DNA of 64,000 bases from assembly GCF_009914755.1 (NCBI RefSeq), contig NC_060942.1, one strand, 5' to 3'. A program made the position numbers and the translations under genes. The notes under the pieces were generated by a model that saw only the letters and a list, made by a program, of their open reading frames with translations, made no database searches and was not told the DNA's origin. Shown here piece after piece: positions 52,051 through 64,000 of this stretch; within the stretch, counting starts at the first letter, position 1; the number at the start of each line of letters is the position of its first letter. This DNA is from the human T2T-CHM13v2.0 reference genome, Homo sapiens.

Positions 52051-55000
52051 GTAAGGAAGTCACCTGCCTTGACGGGTGGTTGCAAAAGCTGCCGAGGACC
52101 GAGGAGTGATTCAAATTGCTTGTCAGTTTGCCCAACCCAAGAGTAAGTGCGGGTCCTGATGAGTCTTTGTCTTAAACTTTACAGCTTTTTCATACAGTCT
52201 GTGTAGTACTAGATTGAGCAATCTTTAAATCTGCACGTTTTATCAATCTTGAGGGCTCAGAGGTTGGAAAGCAATGTGAAAGAGGTGGCTGAATCACCAG
52301 GAAGTACAGGAAGCAGATCCCTCTGAAAGCGGCAAGAGCACCTTTAACCATAAAGGTGCTTCCTCAGGGGCATGTTGGGTTTCAGGCAGTTTGGGATTTC
52401 AGGTAAACTGTCACGTGAGCATAAGACGGACAGAAGAAATGACAATAAAAATGCTCTATCACACTTTTGCCTGCATTTGACTGTCCAGTTGAGCGTTCTA
52501 GCTGTATGTGCCACCGGGAGCTCCTGACTTGTCAACTGGTGCCTTTGTTTATTCAGCTCTGCCACACTCATAAATTACCCACGGAGCCCTCATTAGAAAT
52601 CTGACAAAAGGGTGCCTTTTTAACTGATACTTTTCCCAACGCTTTTTTTGCTCGATTTCTGTTTCGTCTGCAAGTTTGTCTTGCATAAAAAAAAAGATTT
52701 TGCCTGTTTCTCTCATTTTCTTCCAGCCTTTATGGTCAGAACTGACCACCGCAATACGCCTTGCAGGAAGGTTCACAAGAAGGATTTAAGTGGTTGCTAT
52801 TTCTTCAGATGTGTCCTGAAATCTTCCCCCGTCTTGTTTCAGTACATTAGCAAATTCTTGACTAGGGGTGACCCATGTAATGTTTCTCTTTTGGCTGAAG
52901 ATTTGGCTAGTACTAAATTCAGGAGCTATAGATGCTGGATATTGTACTTGAGTTTTCTAAGTAGTTTTACATCCCTTTCCTCCTCTGGTTTGAATAATTA
53001 TGTTCTCAGTGATAAGGAATTTTATTTAAAATAAAGTTCTCATAGCAAAATTAAATCAAGAGTGTTAACTCTTCGCTAACTTTACGTTTTTAGGTTGTAG
53101 GTGATGGTGGAAAATAATCATACTTGTAACTCCATTAATTTGTAGCCATTCTTTACAATTTAATGTCTTTTGGTCCAGCTTGTGTGTCCCAGTGGCAATT
53201 TAATTAGTTTGCATGAAGAAATCTTTACATCTTTACTCCCACATTGAAATATGCAAGACTGACAGGATTCCTGGTGAGAGAGATGCCCTTTAAATTTCTT
53301 GGAAGTTTTTCTGAAATTTAAGTGGATTTCTGATGAATCTTTTACTTGTAAAGAAAACCAAATCGTAATACAGTAGCATTTGCAGTATCTGAAGACAATT
53401 TGTCAACTCGATGACATGGCTTTTAAAGTTTATGGTCCAGGAAATAGATGATTTTTTATGTAAGATCAACAACTGTATTCTTTTCTCCTTTAATTCATGT
53501 AATTTGTAAAATATTGTTATTTTACAAAAGCATTAAAAATAGGTGCCCTTTAACTACATGGAAGGAACTGTATATAAAAACAAGGGATGTATTAGAGTTT
53601 GAACAAATTTTATATGGAAAGAGTTTGCTTATGATTGGATATATCCATTGTGATAAGTGTCCACGGAAAGGTTTTGGGTGTCACAGTTAACAAAGTTTGA
53701 ATCTGTGTTTCCCTTTGATTCTCTTCAAGAGTGTCTAAAATATTCTAATGGGTAATAAGCACTTTCTTTTTTCTCAAAACCTCATCTCAATATTAAAAAA
53801 GTCTTTCCTGGTTAAATCTTAAAATGTTTGGCATGATCTTTTAATCTTTTTGTTTTGTTCTTTATGAAAAGCAGTAATTGTTACCTCATTCTGCACTTAC
53901 TGCCTTGTTTCTATATGTACAGCATAAATGCATGTATGCCTCTGAGTATGTGCTTACATATACTCAGATGTGTGGGGGTGCCACACAAAGTATCCACCCT
54001 ATTCTTGAACATGAAGCCAGTGTACAGGTGTCCTAGAAGAAAAATGCCTGATTGTTGCGAAGTTGTCTAATTGCTTATTTTGGCTTTAAAGCAAAGTTGA
54101 GCTTATTTTAAGCCTAAGTTAATATACCAGACATCTCTGCTGTTATTCATTTGCAGTAGAACAAAATTTAGTGTATGGTGAATCCACTTGAATTTTTGCA
54201 AAGAAGTTCAGTTATTGATGAACAAAAGCGTAGTCTCATTTATGGAAACGTTGTCAGGACTCCACATATAGTGAAGGTTTGCACCAGGCTGGAAGTGATT
54301 CCTAGAAATGATCTCTGTGTTCCAACAGAATATAGGACACCTCAACAGGACAGAGTTACATTTTGGTAGTAGTTTTTTTCTGTAGGAAGAGGATAATTAA
54401 TGTTTGTTTTAGATGACATCTTTTACAGGGTTTTTGAAAATTCTGTACCCCATTGGTAATTTTATACATAACTTATTTTTAAATTTATTGCTGCATGTTG
54501 TTTTGTTTACGTATAGTTGGGGTTAAGGATAGCTAGGAAGTTGCTTTCAAATTCTTTTGAATATTTTTCTGCATTTAAATTGAGCTTATCTACTGTCTTG
54601 AGGGTCTGCTCTCTTGAAGATCACCTTTCTGTTCAATTTTAGTATTTATAACCTGACTAGGGTTGTTTTTTAGAGGCTTTGAAAGCCATTTGTGGTTGCT
54701 TTGAATATTTAAATATTTATCTGGGTAAAGTAAAATGAAAGTCTTTAATGAGCGAGAAGGCCCTGGATAAAGGTACTATCTAATTACAGAGTTGTTAATG
54801 AAAACTTGGTTTGAAAATTGTTATAGCATCTACCAGGCCACCATTCTCTTAGCTGACTTAAGATATGGGAAAATTTAATTAGCTTTATCTGAAGTTACTT
54901 AAGTATTTAATATCCTTTTAAAATCAGACATCTTAAATTTTGCCTGAAAGAGAGTAATTATAGGTTAAAAAATTCAAGAACTTAAGGTTGCTCGACATAA

Positions 55001-56213
55001 GTTATGGACTCCTAAACATGAATGAGCTTTTGTTTTAGACTCTCTGGGGAGCCTTTGTCATTGATGTAGGGCAGCATTAAACTATATCTTTTTATATTTT
55101 TTGACTCTTTTCTCCCAGCACTTAGATCTGAGTAGTCTAGCAATTTCTGTTCGAATTTTAGTAATGACAAAGGGTGTTGACAGAATAAAGTGCACATTCA
55201 CTGTACCTAGTGAATCTCGGACAAGGTATTTTTGTGTGTGACTCCTTGGGATTTCGCGGGAACAATCTTTTTATCCCTGTCATATTTTATTTATTTTCTC
55301 TTCTGGGAATGATCAAACCTTAATGTGGTTTCCTACATGCAAACCAAGAGGGGAGAGGTGGTTCAGCATTAAGCTATAATATTGACAAGCAGGTTCTTAT
55401 TACTATAATTACAGCAGTATTGAGTAACGCGGTTCGAACGTGTGACACCAGTGTGTGCTTGAACAGTCCCTTTAATTTTCAGTACAGAGGCTTTAAATTT
55501 TTTTTTTAGTATTTTACATTTTTATATTTATATTTTATATTTGTTTGTTTTTGTTGTAAAGTACATGCCACCCTTCACTACTATGGCGTGATAACATCTA
55601 CAATACATTGGTTTTTATTATCTTCAAACATCTTGAAGGGTTTTTACATAAATTATTTCATTCGCCCTTTCAAAAACAGTGTTAAGGAGGAGTCAGTGGC
55701 AATCCTCTTTTCAGATGGAGAAACTGATGCACAGAGAGATCTGACTCGTCGTATTTCCGTCCTCGGGAGGGCGGAGAATAGAGAGCTTGGGTATTTTATT
55801 TTGCAATTCGTATCACTTTCCATGAATCGATGCTAAATTAAATTTACACTTGAATTTTTCCCTTGGTTAAAAGCATTCCAAAAATATGCTGTTTTTGTTG
55901 GTAATGAGGTGGTATTATCCTCTAGTTCAAAGTGGTATTTCTTGTGAAATGTGGATGGTTCTGTTTATCATGGTGCCTTTAAAAATGTAAAGAACCAAGA
56001 CGGACAAATAAGGAGACAGTATGGAAAGAGTACTGAAGTGTTCTAAATATCCTGGTTGCAAATAGTCATGCTTGGATTTAAGTTGATATGAATTAAAGTT
56101 TACGTAATAGTTCTTTATTCTCTTATTCAAGCATACCTATTTGTTAAACTGTAAATCTTCATTGGGAAGTAGAGAATTAACACTTTGCCTGAAAAGTGGG
56201 TAACTTTTGAGGG

Positions 56214-56219
56214 GTGTGG

Positions 56220-56254
<35 letters not shown>
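56214..56254. repeat. (TG)n microsatellite
   Basis: Direct read. Confidence 0.92.
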
Positions 56255-56255
<1 letters not shown>

Positions 56256-58574
56256 CAGTTCAGTTGCTTTAAAACATGGCTTTTAAAGTAACTGAAAATA
56301 TTTCTCATTAAATATCTTATTTGCTTAAACTTATTATTAAAAAATCGAGTTGTCTTTTAATGATGCTTTCTTGATGTTATTGTGCTCTTGTATAATTTTT
56401 ATAATTCATGTTATATAGTGCTAGAGATAGTAAGTTCTTCTCCTTGAATTTCATAGTTATTCCTAAATTCGTGTGTCTTTTGTACTCATTGAAGTAATTG
56501 TAGGGGCAGGAGATGAGTGTAAATGAATTTGTGTAAAGTTTTAGGTTGAAAGTTTTATCTTTTGGTTGCTATAAGATTATCAAATCACCCACCTTAAATG
56601 ATTGATATATACAAAGATAAGTTATTTTTTAAGTGTAAAATGTTTTTGTTGTTTCTCATTCTCTTCTTAGAATCCTGAAATTAGCTTTTCATTTACTGGT
56701 AACATAACATTCACTGACATTGTATGTGATCTAAGCCTAGTATAGTCCTTGGCATTTTAGTTTAACATTTGTTGAATTTAATTTGTGGAATTTTGTTAAG
56801 CAGCTGGTGGTGTGTGCCCTGATTTTTCAGCTTCCATCCTGTTTGGGTCCCCAGGGATGTGTTAAACACACATACACACAGCGGCATTTCTCCCATGGCA
56901 GGAGATTTTAGATGTGCTACATACTATTAATATCTTCTATTTCACGTGAGTGAACTCTGGATTTTGAGAGAATAGCTCTCTCTGAAAGTTTTCTTAGAGT
57001 TAACAGGTTTCTCCCAACTTTTCAAAGGCATCTCGTACTTAATTTTGCAGTGAATTTAATGAGACATCTGTCAAATGAGGCATCTTAGATTTAATGATTT
57101 TGTTATGTGCCAGGGTTTAACATAATTCAGTCTATCTGGACTGGAGAAGGGTTTGATTGTACTGTGAAAGTCCAGAGATCCTGAAGCCGCTCAATAGAAA
57201 AACGATTCCTTTAAAGACGCCTGACATTTTGAAAAAGAGAAAGAGATGTTATCAAAATGTCTAAAACAGCCTGGGAAAATGAAGTCTTTTTTTTTCTTTA
57301 AAGTTCCACCTTCTAAACCCATTCCATCCCTTTAATCACATGCATCTGGTGGAACACTGGTAATGAGGGGTTTTGAATCTGGCCTGACGTCACTGTGATT
57401 CTACGGCAAACCCTTTTTTATACTTACCTTTGGCTTTCTAAAGATAATATAATTAAACAAAATCCACCATATGAATTCATTAGATATATTAGATATTTAT
57501 AACCTAAGGCTGTATGACTGACTGGATTTGTATGAAACTTCAACTCCAGAAACTTATGATAAATTGAAACTCAAGTACTTAGGAAGAATAGACTTTAATG
57601 ATACTTTGATTAAAAGATGTTAGTATATTTAGGTAACTGTGAAATAGCAACTCTTTGAAGATGTGTGATATTATGCTTTTTATCAAGCATAATAACAGTT
57701 ACTGGATTAATGAAGTGTTGTTATTCTTTGACTTTAGAGTTGGAATGGTTTTGTTGTGTTACCATGACTTGGCCTCATATACTTTTTGGTATGTTAGGTG
57801 AAACAAGGCATAACCATTTTGTAATGCCACATGCATACTGAAGTAATTTTTTTCCCTGTTGTATTTTTTACATTTGAGATTTTTATACATCGTAAAGTGT
57901 GTTTAACAATAAAGTGTCTTGTGGAGGTGTAAGCCTAGTGGCCTCTGAGTTTGTGACCTAGAAGTTAATAATGAAAACTCCATAAAATACTTTGTTTGGA
58001 GGTTGCACATATTGTATGATTTTGGAGATATCAATACTTTAGAAAAACACAAGCAAAAAACATCCAGAATTTTGGCATATTTTTTTCTAACTGGAGCTTG
58101 GCTAAAAGTAAATTAGCCTTGCTTCTAGTTTGTGAAAGCATTCAGTTGAAGACTGATGAAATTTGAAATATTTGGTTTTGGACCATTTCAATAATGAGTG
58201 AAATCTAATTAGAAAGTGAAGTTAGAGAGAATTTGAATTGGTTGTAATTTTTTTAAAGGGTTTTTCTCACATTCTGTTTAAGCAGGAAGAGATTTGTATT
58301 TGTTGCTCTCTATTTCTTCTGAATCAGACATCTGAGGAAGAGCAGGTGGAGAATGAATCTTTTCATATACCTGCCTCAGTTAATAATGTGTTAGAGTGTT
58401 TGGGCTTTCTTTTCAAATACCAGGCATGTTTTTAAATACAGCAAGAGCTTGGCTGGTGTGTTGGGGGTGGGGGTTGGGTCAAAGTCACTCTCCTCTTCAA
58501 AAACAGAACTTTGGGAAACAATTTTTTCCTTTTATCTCACACTGTGAGAGAAAATGTACTGCTTTTTAGAGAAA

Positions 58575-58712
58575 GTAGTCTGAGAGTTGGGAAACTTGGC
58601 ATGACTTTGGGCATTCATTTTAACCTACCCTGGGCTTTGATTTCCTCATTTGTAAGACGATGGGGTTGGAGTAGAGCGAGTCCAAGATCTCTTCCAACTC
58701 GTAACATTCTGA
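58575..58712 (+). mobile_element. MIR/MIR3 fragment
   Basis: atgactttgggcattcatttaacct...tttcctcatttgtaa...tcttccaactcgtaacattct. Confidence 0.6.
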
Positions 58713-59866
58713 GGCTTCATTAGAGAGCCTGTTTTTTTTGAAGGGCTTTGAAAGTTGTAGTTGTTTTAAGTTCTGTAAGACATGGCTATGGGCTTAAAAC
58801 TGTCAAATCCCCTGCCTTTTCTTATGGACTTGGACCTAATGTACACAAGTCAGCTGGAGGTTGCCAACCAAACAAAGCAGACCTCCTCTTTGGTGTAGAT
58901 TAGGACAAGAATCGATGTTTGATTACCCCGTTCCCTGTCATTCCTACTCCTGAAGTAAAATTCAGCATGCCAGAGATGAGTATAAAGTACATCCTCTTTT
59001 AAGTTAAAGTGAAATTCTTAAATTAACTTAGCAAGATGCCTTCATAGTCTAGTTCATCAAGTTTACTCTAATAACTGTATTAGAGGGATACAAATGTGTA
59101 AAATTTGCTGGCTAGTTAGCTTTATTTATGGTGAGCTGTGTGCTTGCCTACCGGTGCTTAGAGTCAGTAGGAGAAAAAACATTTTAAGAAAATGGATTTT
59201 TTGCACTGTTACTTTGGACAGGTAATAGAATTTAGGATGTTGTAGAGATAATTTAGTCCAACATCTGTATTTTTATAGATGAGAAAAGTAAACCTGTGAG
59301 GTAAAGAATCTGGTCCAGAATCATTGGTTAAGTCAGTTACAGAGTTAGGACCACCACCTAGGATTTTGATGATCTGTCCAGTGTTCTTTTTTTCCCACAC
59401 TGTGAATGTGTAATACTTACTGTCTTTGGTGGTTCTTTATATTAATACTATTAAAAATGAAAGTTAAAGAAATTGTGTGCTTTACACAGTTAGTCGTTTC
59501 TCTATTCAAGGTTTTTTCCTAGTTCTTTTCATTCTAATCAGTGCTTTTGAGGGGTTGCATATCACTTTGACAGATTGTAAGAAAGGAACTTCTGATGGAA
59601 CAGGTGGGTATTTTAATTGCAGAGAGAGAAATTAGATTTCATCAGTGATGTTACCTTTGTGGGATGCATGATAGAACTATTGACAGTTGGCAGAGAAGAG
59701 GTACAGTGTTAGAAAATCAATGTTCTTAGTTCATTCAGTACTTTGAAGGTGAAATTGTTAAAAGAATAAAAGTGTTAGAAAAAAATCATTGAATTAAAAA
59801 AATAATTTGGGAGAAAAATTTAAGCATGAATTTTGAAAAAAATTTCCCTTTAAATATGTGTGTGTT

Positions 59867-60193
<327 letters not shown>

Positions 60194-60874
60194 TTAAAAA
60201 GATTCAACATTATCTTCTTTGAATTATTTTTAAAAAGATGTGTCAAAATTAATTGCAACTTAGCTTATTTTTCAGGTACATGTACGCAGTTCTACCTTTC
60301 TGTGACATAATTGAAACAACTTGTTCAGTATCTTTGGGCTTTTGTTGTGTGCTGATTTGGAAGTCTTTATCAGAAATATGCCATTGCTTTGAATACTTTC
60401 TCTCTCTCTTTCTGTCTCTTAAAAAAAGAGAGAGAGAGAGAGAAAGAAATATCCTGCTCTCATTAGCAAAAAGATAGTTTGTGAACTGTGGAAACAAATA
60501 TTTCCAGCTAATTTTAGGGTATGACAGATTTCCTTTTATGCTAGATTTCATTTTAATTTAATTATTTATCTTAAGCAAAAGCTTTAGCTTCCTTTCTATG
60601 AGAGTTAGCCTACTAAGTCAATTAATTCCCCAAAGATTACTGTTCAATTTTAAATGAGTAAAGGAACTTTTAAAAAAATGCGTAAGTACACAAGGGTAAA
60701 AATATATTGCATCTGTCATATTGAGTATCCCAGATGCGGAAGCAGAGGAAAAATTTCTCTTGATGGTCTCTTAGAGAGGTGGTATGGCTGGGGTGCAGCT
60801 GACATTCAGTTTTAAGTAACAAGGAACTCTCGTGTATAAACACTGCTATAGTTGGCAAACTTATTCTTCCTTAT

Positions 60875-60930
60875 GCACACACACACTATATATATGTATG
60901 TGTATATACACACACACACACACACACGCA
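60875..60930. repeat. Mixed (CA)/(TA) microsatellite
   Basis: Direct read. Confidence 0.85.
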
Positions 60931-61184
60931 TGTTCTCCATTGAGTGTGGAGGTAGGATATGATGAGAGGTAGTAGTTGTATTTATGGATGGGAGGGGGTG
61001 AGTAGGGTAACTGATCCTGGGGAAAAAAATCTCAATTTAAAAAAATTTGCAGTTAATTTTGTTGAACATTAATTGGTAACTCATTGTGACTTGTTCATAT
61101 CCCTTGCCTGCTTTTTTTTTTTGGGGGGGTTGGATGTTTGCTTTTTTCTTACTAATTTCTTTGGGAGTTACATAGAGAAGCTAG

Positions 61185-62094
<910 letters not shown>

Positions 62095-62119
62095 TCACTG
62101 ATTTAAAATGCCCCTTTTG

Positions 62120-62483
<364 letters not shown>

Positions 62484-62794
62484 TTAAAATCTACAATATG
62501 GAGTAATGTAAGTTTAGGGTAGGTATTAGGGTTTGTTGAGGGACAGTAGGGAGAAAGGGAAGGCTCTTTAGCCTTACCACTGCATTTCTTTTTGATGCCC
62601 CAATTTCCCACGCCATCGTCACTTTTAGGATGGCAGCTTATGTGCTTCTGGATATGGACTTATCAGGATACTCCTTTCCTGTGGATTCTGTATCATCTCT
62701 AAGTGGCTTGGATGGGAAGGGGAGGGGGGCTGGAATATAAAATATTGCTTCTATGTGTATTTTTCACCCTTTACGTATTAGAGATAATTTTTTA

Positions 62795-63097
<303 letters not shown>

Positions 63098-63294
63098 ATT
63101 TTTTTTAAAGAAGTGACATAAAGCATTGATTTCTGTTTTCTGAATTTGAGCTCTTTGACTAATTTATTTTGCATTAGGCAGCAGTCTCAGCTGTTTATAC
63201 TGTTCAGATTCACTGAACTTTTTTCACCTTCTGGAGAAATTCTGGGGGCTACCCCTTAAAGGTCATTGTGAAGCACATATGGCTTATCTTTATC

Positions 63295-63596
63295 TTTTTT
63301 TTTTTTTTTTTGAGACAGTGTCTCACTCTGCCACCCAGGCAGGAGTGCAGTGGCGCGATCTTGGTTCACTGCAACCTCTGCCTCCCAGGTTCAAGTGATT
63401 CTCCTGTCTTGCCTCAGCCTCCCATGTAGCTGGGATTACAGGTACACACCACTACACCTGGGTACTTTTTGTATTTTCAGTAGAGACGGTGTTTCACCAT
63501 GTTAGCCAGGCTGGTCTCAAACTCCTGACTTCGTGATCTGCCCGCCTCGGCCTCCCAAAGTGCTGGGATTACAGGCATGAGCCACTGCGCCTGGCC
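63295..63596 (-). mobile_element. AluS
   Basis: Antisense Alu; tgg(c/t)ttatcttt duplicated at the flanks. Confidence 0.92.
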
Positions 63597-64000
63597 TGGT
63601 TTATCTTTTAATTTTAAAAAAGGAAGGCTAACATGCCTATTGAAATTAGTAGACTCTGCCAGTGGTGCCTTGAGTTTTTTTTTTGGCTAGCCTGAGAAGG
63701 GGGTTCCATGTGTTGTCTTGAACTGATGACAGTTCTTGATTACAGGAATAATAATTTGAAATAGCTCTAACTTGAGATAGAACTCTGTGATCCTGCGACC
63801 AGTGTTCTAATCGTACCCATGGTACGTTAGTGCTGTTGAGTCAGTTAATTCCCAGAAAAAATGAAGTGTTTTTTTTAGTGGGAATGGGGGAGGGAAAAGG
63901 AACACATTCCAAATATAGAAAAGTCAAATTAGAACATCTGCCATCTTTGGCAAACGGGCTTTCATGGTCTATTGACCAATTCTTAGTTATTATATAAATG

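Larger units (their letters stand above)
49780..52110. promoter_or_regulatory. CpG island / TATA-less promoter of PHLPP1
   Basis: Sharp rise in GC and CpG density, GC boxes (e.g. GGGCGGGG near 50207), spanning the upstream region and exon 1. Confidence 0.93.

Noticed and set aside
50068-52085. Long antisense and alternative-frame ORFs (475, 335, 318, 259, 235 aa) over the CpG island
   Set aside because: Expected from stop-codon scarcity at very high GC; Arg/Pro/Gly/Ala-rich with no recognisable domain, and they shadow the real PHLPP1 frame.
52051-52109. C-terminal 'KEVTCLDGWLQKLPRTEE' of the 544-aa ORF
   Set aside because: Read-through past the canonical donor into intron 1; not part of the normal protein.
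60398-60447. (TC)n...(GA)n inverted arrangement as a structured RNA
   Set aside because: Low-complexity microsatellite pairing only; no ncRNA hallmarks.

Overview
Human (primate) genomic DNA. The only protein-coding gene supported is PHLPP1 (SCOP): its CpG-island promoter, the large first coding exon (ATG 50475 to splice donor after 52050, + strand) and the first ~12 kb of intron 1. The ~49 kb upstream is intergenic and dense in repeats: about 50 Alus, a 5'-truncated L1PA with target-site duplication (TSD), old L1M/L2/MIR fragments, MER4 and MaLR LTRs, and MER5A/MER53 DNA elements. Nearly all ORFs in the supplied track are repeat-derived or GC-content artefacts. The best non-obvious observations are: (1) a 5'-truncated HSP90AA1 retrocopy (MEEVD tail plus 3'UTR) with a perfect 17-bp TSD, inserted into an LTR and itself hit by two Alus; (2) a human-specific AluYb8 that re-used the target site of an older Alu inside a MER4 LTR; (3) a PHLPP1 RA domain split by a ~235-aa low-complexity insertion, with an internal strong-Kozak AUG (M513); (4) two tandem uORFs and paired ZNF143/THAP11, E'-box and FOXO motifs in the promoter; (5) closely spaced inverted Alus in intron 1. 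I found no convincing wholly new biological system. Gene, pseudogene and repeat-family names come from recall, not from a database search, and repeat boundaries are approximate.
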